From Candidatus Micrarchaeota archaeon (GTDB lineage Archaea > Micrarchaeota > Micrarchaeia > Norongarragalinales > Norongarragalinaceae), in the NCBI GenBank assembly GCA_016207165.1, contig JACQQD010000009.1, forward strand, positions 96,001 to 160,000: 64,000 nt of DNA, in the 5' to 3' direction. Numbering within the stretch: the first letter of the stretch is position 1; the number at the start of each line of letters is the position of its first letter. This document shows positions 1 through 7,630 of the stretch, in pieces. The notes beneath the pieces are model-generated. The model worked only from the letters and a program-made list of their open reading frames with translations. It did not search any database and was not told the DNA's origin. The position numbers and the translations under genes were made by a program.

Positions 1-2
1 CG

Positions 3-347
3 GCCTACCGGGCCGTGGGCCAGCCCGTCATCATTCCGGGATCCATGAACACGTCGTCGTACGTGTTGGGTGGCTTGCCGGGCGCGTCCAAGACTTTCGG
101 CTCGTCTTGCCACGGCGCCGGTCGGAGAATGTCTCGGCATGCCGCCATTGAACGATTCGATAGCCGCCAAATCGAGGCGGAAATGAAGGCCAAAGGGCAA
201 TTCATCCGCGCCACCAAACCCAGGCTTTTAAGCGAAGAAGCCGGTGGAGCCTACAAGGACGTCGACGACGTCGTGGGCGCGGTTCAGAACGCCAGCATTT
301 CAAACATCGTCGCCAAAATGGTTCCGCTTGGAATTGTCAAGGGTTAG
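3..347 (+). CDS. rtcB: RNA-splicing ligase RtcB, 3' part (truncated by window edge)
   Basis: GQPVIIPGSM, SSCHGAGRRMSR, EEAGGAYKDVDDVV and C-terminal PLGIVKG are RtcB motifs. Confidence 0.93.
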   Translation, partial: AYRAVGQPVIIPGSMNTSSYVLGGLPGASKTFGSSCHGAGRRMSRHAAIERFDSRQIEAEMKAKGQFIRATKPRLLSEEAGGAYKDVDDVVGAVQNASISNIVAKMVPLGIVKG

Positions 348-398
348 GAGTAAAACGGACTTACCGACCAAAGATCAAGTCGGCCGCTGGGTTGTGGC

Positions 399-743
399 TT
401 ATTGTCCCGGCAACGGCAGGCATTCGTAGACTTCGACTTGGCAGCCTTCCGCCCAACCCAGGTGCGGGTGGCCTTCCAAGAGTTTTTTGGCTTCGTCCAT
501 GTTCTCGGCTTGAAGGACCGAGTAGCCCACGACGTCTTTTTGGCTGGGGCCGGACCCGTCTTTTTGTATGGCTTGCCCGTTTCCCAGCGGTGTTCCCATG
601 TCAACCAAGTGGTCGCCGCATTTTCCAGCCCAATCCATGCAGGCCTTCATGCCTTCGGCTTGTTTTTCCGGGGGCGTATTTTGCGCTTGCGCTGCCGCCT
701 CGGCGTTCATGTAGTACAATACTACAAATTTTGTCATGTTCAT
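399..743 (-). CDS. YciI/DGPF-family protein
   Basis: KFVVLY start, W...LVDMGTPL, GYSVLQAENMDEA..LL..HPHL...VEVYE pattern. Confidence 0.75.
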   Translation of the reverse strand: MNMTKFVVLYYMNAEAAAQAQNTPPEKQAEGMKACMDWAGKCGDHLVDMGTPLGNGQAIQKDGSGPSQKDVVGYSVLQAENMDEAKKLLEGHPHLGWAEGCQVEVYECLPLPGQ

Positions 744-868
744 GCACCTCGTCTGCTGTCATGCCCTGAATGCCATTTAACCGTTGGGGCGCCGCGCCTG
801 TCGAGCTACCATTTTTTTTGCCTCGCGGCCCGTGGCGTTTTTATAGCGGGACGGCGTTGGTTTTGGTT

Positions 869-1228
869 ATGGTGGACGTCTGGGGCCGCAACCGGCACTT
901 GATGGTGGAATTAGCCAAAGTCGGCATGGCGTTGCGCAACGCCACTACGCCGGACCAAAAACAGGGGATGGAGGACCTCATGGTGTACCTTGCCTTGGAG
1001 TTGGAGAAGCGCGCGCGGTTTTCGCATTACTTTGACGCGGAAACCAATAAAGGCAAGCCGGTGAGTTGGTGGACGCGGGCGGCGCTCCAGTTTAAAATCG
1101 GCCACAAGGTGGCGCGGGAGATGCGGGCCGGACGCGCGGACGAGCACTGGATCAAGCAGCGCGTCGAATTCTGGTTGGAAAAAGCCATGCATTACTACGT
1201 CAACGGCAAGATTCCGGTCTTTGATTAG
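869..1228 (+). CDS. hypothetical protein (119 aa)
   Basis: ATG at 869 lies about 25 nt after a TTTTATA box; normal composition; stop overlaps the nadD stop by 4 bp. Confidence 0.6.
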   Translation: MVDVWGRNRHLMVELAKVGMALRNATTPDQKQGMEDLMVYLALELEKRARFSHYFDAETNKGKPVSWWTRAALQFKIGHKVAREMRAGRADEHWIKQRVEFWLEKAMHYYVNGKIPVFD

Positions 1229-1803
1229 CCGTACAACTTGTTCTTGCGAATGTATTGGCTTACAGCATTGGGTAGCCTTGCCTTGGCGTTTTCCATTTTG
1301 GATTCGTGGATCCATTGCCGTATTTGGGTGCTGGACGCATCCACGCCGCTTGCATCCGCCATGATTTGAATGTGAGAAAATCCGCGCAGTGCCTTGGCTT
1401 TGATGGGGTAGCCCGGCCGTGAAACCACGGCAAAACGCGCGCGTTGGGCCAAGGCTGCAGAGTCCTTCCACCGCGGAAAGTCTGAAAGCAGGTCGGCGCC
1501 GATGACCCACGTGAACGCGTGTTCGGAGTGCGAGTCGGAAAGTTCCTTGAGCGTATCCGTGGTGTACGACGTGCCGCCGCGGCGGATTTCCACGTCGCTG
1601 ACTTTCGCGTTTGGAATGGAGGCTACGGCCAGCTTCGCCATGGCGAGTCGGTGTTGGGGGTTGACGTAGGGCTTTTCTTTTTTGTTGGGGTCGTTGGCCA
1701 CCACCAGCCACACTTCGTCAAACCGCTTGGACAAACGCGTTGCGACGTGGACGTGGCCCATGTGCGGCGGGTTGAACGTGCCACCCAATAGGGCGATGTG
1801 CAT
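1225..1803 (-). CDS. nadD: nicotinate-nucleotide adenylyltransferase, bacterial NadD type
   Basis: GGTFNPPHMGH, SYTTDT, WVIGAD..FPRWK, SSTQIR, YIRKNKLY; start re-assigned to ATG 1803. Confidence 0.93.
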   Translation of the reverse strand: MHIALLGGTFNPPHMGHVHVATRLSKRFDEVWLVVANDPNKKEKPYVNPQHRLAMAKLAVASIPNAKVSDVEIRRGGTSYTTDTLKELSDSHSEHAFTWVIGADLLSDFPRWKDSAALAQRARFAVVSRPGYPIKAKALRGFSHIQIMADASGVDASSTQIRQWIHESKMENAKARLPNAVSQYIRKNKLYG

Positions 1804-1875
1804 GAGCGGTTTTTGCCGGTAAAGCTTTAAACCGCTTCGAAAGGCGGTCGAAGGGGCGTGGGGGCTTGGCGTCAC

Positions 1876-2011
1876 TGGACGATGTGGTCCAGGGGTTGCA
1901 TGCGGTAGTTTTCGCTTGGTCGCCCCGGGGAACCCAGGTTCCCCTGGCCCGCCCTGGGCCTCGCCCCTCCTATTGGACGATGTGGTCCAGGGGTTGCATG
2001 CGGTAGTTTTC
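1876..2011. repeat. 38-bp perfect direct repeat (1876-1913 and 1974-2011) duplicating the 3' end of the Lrp gene
   Basis: TGGACGATGTGGTCCAGGGGTTGCATGCGGTAGTTTTC occurs twice, 98 bp apart. Confidence 0.97.
1922..1967 (+). repeat. 46-bp GC-rich hairpin element, copy A
   Basis: GCCCC-GGGGAAC-ccag-GTTCCCC-TGGC-N9-GCCTCGCCCC; 33/46 identical to 4026-4071 without gaps. Confidence 0.85.
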
Positions 2012-2449
2012 TTTGATGACGTTGAGAACGACTTGCGTGTTGGAGCGCTCCACGTTGTCCAGTTTCAGGATTCTCTTGACGATGCGCGACAAGTCGCCTC
2101 GGTGCTTTACTCGGACAATGACCAGCGAATCCGCATCCCCGGTCACGTCGTAGACGGAAACGACTTCCGGAATCTTGGCGATTTCCTTCTGCACGCTCAA
2201 AAGCGCGCCCTTGTGGATGGTCACGCGAATGATGCCCATCAAGTCGTATCCCAGCGCCGGGTAATTCAAGTCCACGCCGAATCCCTGGATGATGCCTTTT
2301 TCTTCCAAGTGCTTGATGTGCTGGATGACGCTGGCCGGCGAGACCCCCAGCGTTGAGGCGATGGATCGGAAGGACTGGCGGCTGTTGGCCTTTAGTTCCA
2401 CCAGGATGCGTTCATCCAGCGGTCTTTTCTCATTCAGTTTTGCCTTCAT
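1970..2449 (-). CDS. Lrp/AsnC family transcriptional regulator
   Basis: LDERILVELKANSRQSFRSIA HTH, LEEKGII, and RAM domain VYDVTGDAD. Confidence 0.93.
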   Translation of the reverse strand: MKAKLNEKRPLDERILVELKANSRQSFRSIASTLGVSPASVIQHIKHLEEKGIIQGFGVDLNYPALGYDLMGIIRVTIHKGALLSVQKEIAKIPEVVSVYDVTGDADSLVIVRVKHRGDLSRIVKRILKLDNVERSNTQVVLNVIKENYRMQPLDHIVQ

Positions 2450-2585
2450 TTTAGTCCAAAACTAATACATTTGTTCGTTCTTTATAACCTTTTGTAAACG
2501 TTTGTTCTTTTTTCAACCTGAACGTTTTTATAGGTTTTCGGCATCCAAAGTGCATTCAATTGCCAATGGTGGGTGGTTTTGTTAT
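2450..2585. promoter_or_regulatory. divergent lrp/glnA promoter region with a candidate operator
   Basis: AT-rich; TTTATAA and TTTTTATA boxes; palindrome TTAGT-N5-ACTAA at 2451-2465; GGTGG before the glnA ATG. Confidence 0.5.
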
Positions 2586-4025
2586 ATGAGCAAACAGGTG
2601 TTCGTGGAAGTGCCTAAACCGCAGGCGGGAATCGACGTCTTGTCCCGCATGAAGGAAGAACGCATTTCGTGGGTGGACTTGCAGTTCGTGGACCTGGTTG
2701 GCGCGCTTCAGCACATCAGCGTTCCGGCGCACACCCTGGACGAAAAAGACTTTGAAATCGGTGTCGGGAAGCTGGACGGCTCGTCGATCAAGGGTTTCAA
2801 GGAAATTTTTGAATCCGACATGCTTCTGTTGCCCATTGCCGAGACGTACCGCAAGATTCCGTGGGAACAGGATACGGCTAGAATTTTTTGTGGCGTCAAG
2901 GAAGTCTCCGGCTCCCGTTTTTCCAAGGACTCGCGGCATACGGCCGAGAACGCGGAAAAAGTGTTGGCTCAGAACGGGTTTGACACCAGTTACTGGGGTC
3001 CGGAAGCCGAGTTTTTCGTTTTCGACGAGGTGCACTACGACACGACGAACCCCCATCGGGGCCAAGGCTATTCCGTGGGCTCCATTGAGGCCGCGTGGAA
3101 TCCCACCGGAAAAGGGTACCCCATTGGGTTCAAGGGCGGCTATTACCCGGTGCCGCCGGCGGACACGTTGCAGGACCTCCGCCGCCGCATTTCCGACTCC
3201 CTGCAGAATGATTTCGGCATCCGGGTGGAAGCACACCACCACGAGGTCGCCACGGCCGGCCAATGCGAGATCAACATGCGGTTTGACAAGCTCACCTGCA
3301 TGGCCGACAATTTGTTGACGTTCAAGTACGTGGTGAAAAACCTGGCATACCAATCCGGCAAGATTGCCACGTTCATGCCCAAACCCATGTTCGGCGACAA
3401 CGGAAGTGGGATGCACACCAACCAAAGCATGTGGAACGCCGGCAGGAACCAATTCTACGACGCCAACGAGACGTACGCGCAATTGTCGCAGAACGCCATT
3501 TACTACATCGGCGGCCTCGTCGAGCACGGCCGCTCGCTGGCGGCGTTCTGCAATCCCACGACGAACTCGTACCGGAGACTGGTTCCCGGATACGAGGCGC
3601 CCGTGTACTTGGCGTACTCCAAGAGCAACCGGTCGGCATGCATCCGCATTCCGTACTACTTCTCCAACGAAGTCTCCAAACGCTTGGAGTACCGGGCCCC
3701 CGACCCCACGGCCAACCCGTATCTGGCGTTTGCGGCACTGGCGGCCGCGGGCTTGGACGGCATTAAGAAGAAAATCATGCCTCCCGCGCCTGTGGACGCC
3801 AACATTTACCACATGACGGTGGCGGAGCGCCGCCAGCACGGCATCAAGGAACTGCCTGGCGCCTTATTGGAGTCGCTGCACGAATTGGAGTCGGACCGCG
3901 ACTTTTTGAAGCCGATTTTCGCGGACGACTTGGTGGATTCGTACTTGACGCTCAAGTACGCGGAAGCCAACGCCGTTGGAACCCGGCCGCACCCGTATGA
4001 GTTTGACTTGTACTTGAACTCGTAA
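2586..4025 (+). CDS. glnA: glutamine synthetase type I
   Basis: DGSSIKGF, GPEAEFF, HHHEVA, TFMPKP..GDNGSGMH, RLVPGYEAP, NRSACIRIP, RLEYRAPDP. Confidence 0.97.
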   Translation: MSKQVFVEVPKPQAGIDVLSRMKEERISWVDLQFVDLVGALQHISVPAHTLDEKDFEIGVGKLDGSSIKGFKEIFESDMLLLPIAETYRKIPWEQDTARIFCGVKEVSGSRFSKDSRHTAENAEKVLAQNGFDTSYWGPEAEFFVFDEVHYDTTNPHRGQGYSVGSIEAAWNPTGKGYPIGFKGGYYPVPPADTLQDLRRRISDSLQNDFGIRVEAHHHEVATAGQCEINMRFDKLTCMADNLLTFKYVVKNLAYQSGKIATFMPKPMFGDNGSGMHTNQSMWNAGRNQFYDANETYAQLSQNAIYYIGGLVEHGRSLAAFCNPTTNSYRRLVPGYEAPVYLAYSKSNRSACIRIPYYFSNEVSKRLEYRAPDPTANPYLAFAALAAAGLDGIKKKIMPPAPVDANIYHMTVAERRQHGIKELPGALLESLHELESDRDFLKPIFADDLVDSYLTLKYAEANAVGTRPHPYEFDLYLNS

Positions 4026-4091
4026 GCCCCGGGGGAAAGCGTTCCCCCTGGCGCTTACTCCGCCTCGCCCCCTTCGGTTGGGCGTGGCGGA
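4026..4091 (+). repeat. 46-bp hairpin element copy B (4026-4071), running into a second stem-loop (4059-4091)
   Basis: GCCCC-GGGGGAA-agcg-TTCCCCC-TGGC-N9-GCCTCGCCCC; TCCGCCtCGCCC pairs with GGGCGtGGCGGA around cTTCGg. Confidence 0.85.
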
Positions 4092-4142
4092 TTCAAGGCG
4101 GCCGTGAACGCTTTAAACCGCAACACCCAAAGGAAGGCAATT

Positions 4143-4187
4143 CGGGCCGGTTCTGCGAAAGCGGGCCGGCTCGTTTATTTCTTATTT
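4143..4187 (+). terminator. GC-rich hairpin with GAAA loop followed by a T-rich tract, between convergent glnA and nadE
   Basis: CGGGCCGGTTCTGC-GAAA-GCGGGCCGGCTCG followed by TTTATTTCTTATTT. Confidence 0.55.
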
Positions 4188-4213
4188 GCAGAGACGAATC
4201 GTTTCCGCGTGAA

Positions 4214-4927
4214 TTATAGGACCGACGGCAAGTCGAGTTTGTGACGGTTTTGCTCCATGCGGTCCAGAACTTTTTTCACTTTTTCTTCCCCGAATTTTTG
4301 GAGGGCTTCGTTGGGCTTCGTGTCAAGAAGCTGGAGGATGGCGTCCAATTCTTGGTACGTCATTTCCAGTTCGTGTTCGTCGGTTTGGTCCGGCCACAAG
4401 CCGGCGGAGGGCGGTTTGTCGATAAAGTATTTTGGGATTCCGGCGTTTTTGGCCATTTGCCAGACTTGCGTTTTGTAAAGCGACCCAATGGGCAAAACGT
4501 CCACGCCGCCGTCGCCAAATTTCGTGAAGTAGCCCACGGAAAGCTCGCTTTTGTTTCCGGTGCCCACCACCAAGGCGTTGTGTTGTCGGGCTTTGGAGTA
4601 CAAGAAATTCATGCGGGTGCGGGCCATGATGTTACCCTTGTCCACCGGGTCAATGGCCTGAGATGCGTTCATGACGGCGTCGGCGGCGGCCCGAATGGAG
4701 GCGGCTTGGTAGTGTACGCCCAAGGATTGGGCAAACGCATTGGTTTGCTTCGTGTCGTCGGGGTGGTCCACGTAAGGCAGAAAGTAGGCGTACACGTTTT
4801 TGGGGCCGAGGGCCTGCGCGCACAGCCACACGGTCAACGCCGAGTCGATGCCGCCGGAGATGCCGACCACGGCATTGGTTTTTCCGGATTTTTCAAAAAA
4901 GCGTTTCAGTTTTTCAACAAGCGGCAT
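4214..4927 (-). CDS. nadE: NH3-dependent NAD+ synthetase
   Basis: GISGGIDS, GNIMARTRM, GTGNKSE, GYFTKFGDG, PPSAGLW..QTDE. Confidence 0.96.
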   Translation of the reverse strand: MPLVEKLKRFFEKSGKTNAVVGISGGIDSALTVWLCAQALGPKNVYAYFLPYVDHPDDTKQTNAFAQSLGVHYQAASIRAAADAVMNASQAIDPVDKGNIMARTRMNFLYSKARQHNALVVGTGNKSELSVGYFTKFGDGGVDVLPIGSLYKTQVWQMAKNAGIPKYFIDKPPSAGLWPDQTDEHELEMTYQELDAILQLLDTKPNEALQKFGEEKVKKVLDRMEQNRHKLDLPSVL

Positions 4928-4928
4928 G

Positions 4929-5747
4929 TCAGGGCACCAGGTCCAGGGAAAAGTCCAGGGTTTTGGCGTGTTTGGTCAATGCCCCCATGGAAATATAATC
5001 CGGTTGCAGGACGGCGTAGTCCGCCAGGTTTTGTTTCTGGATGGCGCCGGAGACCTCGATTTTTACGTCCGGTGCATTTTGCCTCAGCCACCTGATAGCG
5101 GTTGCGGCGTCTTCAAGGATAAAATTGTCCAACATGATCAGGTCGGGTTTGGCTGTTGCCGCGTTTTTGACTTGGTCGACGCTTTCGCACTCGATTTCCA
5201 CGAATTTCCCGGTTTTTTTTCCGGCCGCCACCGCGTCGGCGGGGGAAGCAAAAAAGCGTAGGTGGTTTTCTTTGATTAGCACGGCTTCTTCCAGGTGGAG
5301 GCGGTGCGGCCAGATGCCCGCGATGTGCGCGGCTTTCTTGTCAAACGCGCCGAATCCCGGCATGGTTTTTCGCGTCAAAGCCATTTTTGTGTGGTCGTTC
5401 ACCACGTCCTGCATCCCTTTGCAGGCGGTGGCCACGCCGGACATGCGACCCAATACGTTGAGCGCCGTTCGCTCGACGCGCAAAATGTCGCGGTTGTTTC
5501 CGTGAATCTCTAGCACGGGTTGGTTGGATTCAAGGTGCGTGCCGTCTTGGGCCAGATTTTTTGCGTTCAGGCCGACGTGCTCGAAAAGAAATTGGGCTTC
5601 CTCCAAGCCGGCCAACACGCCTGGCTCTCGGGCGACGATGACCGCTTTGGCCGTTCTTTCAGGGGTGGCGTTGGACGTGACGTCGTTTTGGTAGTGGTCG
5701 TCTTGAAGAAAGCCGATGAGTTTTTTTTGGAGGTCTTGCGGCAACAT
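4929..5747 (-). CDS. nadC: quinolinate phosphoribosyltransferase
   Basis: ERTALN..RMSGVAT, TRKTMPG, LIKENH, IMLDNF, EVSG, ISMGALT. Confidence 0.95.
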   Translation of the reverse strand: MLPQDLQKKLIGFLQDDHYQNDVTSNATPERTAKAVIVAREPGVLAGLEEAQFLFEHVGLNAKNLAQDGTHLESNQPVLEIHGNNRDILRVERTALNVLGRMSGVATACKGMQDVVNDHTKMALTRKTMPGFGAFDKKAAHIAGIWPHRLHLEEAVLIKENHLRFFASPADAVAAGKKTGKFVEIECESVDQVKNAATAKPDLIMLDNFILEDAATAIRWLRQNAPDVKIEVSGAIQKQNLADYAVLQPDYISMGALTKHAKTLDFSLDLVP

Positions 5748-5751
5748 GGTT

Positions 5752-6495
5752 TCAGCCTATTTGGATGCGCGCATCTTTCCGCTGGATGGCCCAGAGCGCG
5801 GAGTACGCCGCCAAGGCACTGGTCTTCGAGTTTTCGACCAAAGGCGTGTTTTCAAATGTGAACGCGTACTTGCCGGTTTCGCCTTCAATTCGGATGGTGT
5901 GCGTGTTTTTCGTGGTTTTCGGATCCGAAATGACGCGCACGCGCGTCTGGTCAAACCCGATGCCAGCCAGGCTCAACGTGGCGGCGACGTTGACGTTTTT
6001 CGGGAATTCTCGGCAGGCATCGCGCGCCGAACCGTCAAAGACCACGGTTTCTTTTTCGTCGCTTCGGTCCAGGCTTTGGGGGTTTTTGCGGGTTTCAAGG
6101 GTTACGGTTTGTGGCCGGCAGGCTTGTAGCACGTCCAATCCGCCGATGGCGCCGGACGGAATAAAGAGCATGTGCCCGCTTTTTTCCGCGGCGTCTATCA
6201 GGAGGTTCAGCACGTAGTCGTCGGTGAATGCACCAACGGACATGACCAGCACGTCGCTTTGACGCAAACCATGCGTGAGGTAGGGCACGACTTCCTGGGA
6301 TGCGGCTTCCACGACGAGGTCCACGTCCGTGATGTCCTCCATCCGCGTGACAAGTTTCACGTTCTTGAACTTTTTTTCTTGGACCGTTTTTTCGGCTTTG
6401 GCGCGGTCGGCGTCCCAAACCAAGAACGCGTGTTCGGGCAAGTGCTGGACGAGAAACGATCCGATGGCGCCCAAACCAATCAATCCGATGCGCAT
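5752..6495 (-). CDS. nadX: L-aspartate dehydrogenase
   Basis: GLGAIG, VVEAASQ, PSGAIGGLD, FPKNVNVAA, KTSALAAYS; lies within the nad operon. Confidence 0.93.
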   Translation of the reverse strand: MRIGLIGLGAIGSFLVQHLPEHAFLVWDADRAKAEKTVQEKKFKNVKLVTRMEDITDVDLVVEAASQEVVPYLTHGLRQSDVLVMSVGAFTDDYVLNLLIDAAEKSGHMLFIPSGAIGGLDVLQACRPQTVTLETRKNPQSLDRSDEKETVVFDGSARDACREFPKNVNVAATLSLAGIGFDQTRVRVISDPKTTKNTHTIRIEGETGKYAFTFENTPLVENSKTSALAAYSALWAIQRKDARIQIG

Positions 6496-6504
6496 AGCCT
6501 GTTT

Positions 6505-7518
6505 TCACGACAATTCGAACATGCGGTCCAACGCCTTTTTGGCTTTACGCCGCACGGTTTCGTCCACGTCAATGACTTGGTCTTCCGACGGGTTCTTCAG
6601 CGCGGAAAGCACGTTGATGAGGTTGTTCTTTTTCATGTAGGGGCAGAGCGAGCAGGTTCCGACGATTTGCTTTTTTGGGAACTCGGCGCGCATGCGGTCG
6701 CCCAACCCGCATTCCGTGACCAGCATGAACGTGGACGCGTCGGAGGTCTTCACGTAGCGGATCATGTCGGAGGTGCCGCCCATGCCATCCACTTCGGAGA
6801 TGACTTCGGGCCGACATTCCGAGTGGGCCACGATTTTCACGCCCGGATAGGCTTTTCGAACGGCCTTGACGCTTTCCGCGTCAAACTCGTCGTGCACAAT
6901 GCATTTTCCGTGCCAGCCAATGATTTTCTTGTCTGTGAGCTTCGCGAGGTTTTGGGCCATGAATTGGTCCGGCAGGAAAATGATTTTTTCGTCAGGCAAG
7001 TGGTTGATGATTTTCAGGGCGTTGGCGGACGTGCAGCACACGTCGGCTTCGGCTTTGACGTCCGCGGAGGTGTTGACGTACATGACCACCGGCGCGCCGG
7101 GATGCTTTTTCTTGAGGTCGCGTACGTCTTGGGCGGTGATGGATTCGGAAAGAGAGCAACCGGCGTCGGGAGCGGGGAGCAGGACGGTCTTTTCGGGCGA
7201 CAAAATCTTGGCGGTTTCGGCCATGAAGCGGACCCCGCAGAAAACGATGGTGTCGGCGTTGGTTTCCGACGCTTTTTTGGAGAGTTCAAACGAGTCGCCG
7301 ACGAAATCCGAGATGCCGTAAATGATGTCTGGAGTTTGGTACGAGTGGCCCAAGACAATCGCGTTTCTTTGTTTTTTGAGTTGGTTGATTTCCAAGGTCA
7401 GTGGGGCGTAAAGCTGGCATTCCTGCATGGTCCAGCCTAGGTGGCGGAGTTTTCCGTAGAGGCGTTCGGCTTCCTCTTGAACGGCCGGCAACGCGTGGCT
7501 GAGGGCCGCGTGTTCCAT
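6505..7518 (-). CDS. nadA: quinolinate synthase
   Basis: HSYQ, FCGVRFMAETAKIL, AGCSL, YVNTSA, CIVH, AHSEC, CPYMKK. Confidence 0.96.
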   Translation of the reverse strand: MEHAALSHALPAVQEEAERLYGKLRHLGWTMQECQLYAPLTLEINQLKKQRNAIVLGHSYQTPDIIYGISDFVGDSFELSKKASETNADTIVFCGVRFMAETAKILSPEKTVLLPAPDAGCSLSESITAQDVRDLKKKHPGAPVVMYVNTSADVKAEADVCCTSANALKIINHLPDEKIIFLPDQFMAQNLAKLTDKKIIGWHGKCIVHDEFDAESVKAVRKAYPGVKIVAHSECRPEVISEVDGMGGTSDMIRYVKTSDASTFMLVTECGLGDRMRAEFPKKQIVGTCSLCPYMKKNNLINVLSALKNPSEDQVIDVDETVRRKAKKALDRMFELS

Positions 7519-7630
7519 ACGCTAAAACCATTTTGTTCTTCATTTATAGCCGTATGGATGCTCGTCAAACAACGGGCTTGCCGGGTTGCGGAATATAGCC
7601 TTTTTATCCATCCGTTGCGCCTGTTTCTCA

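Noticed and set aside
1850-2011. Possible mini-CRISPR array or DGR template/variable repeat
   Set aside because: Only two copies, the repeat is coding sequence of the Lrp gene, and no cas or reverse transcriptase gene is in the window
2556-3839. Long antisense ORFs (for example 427 aa here, 532 aa at 7661-9259 and 472 aa at 59162-60580)
   Set aside because: Shadow ORFs opposite well-supported genes in GC-rich DNA, with no protein motifs
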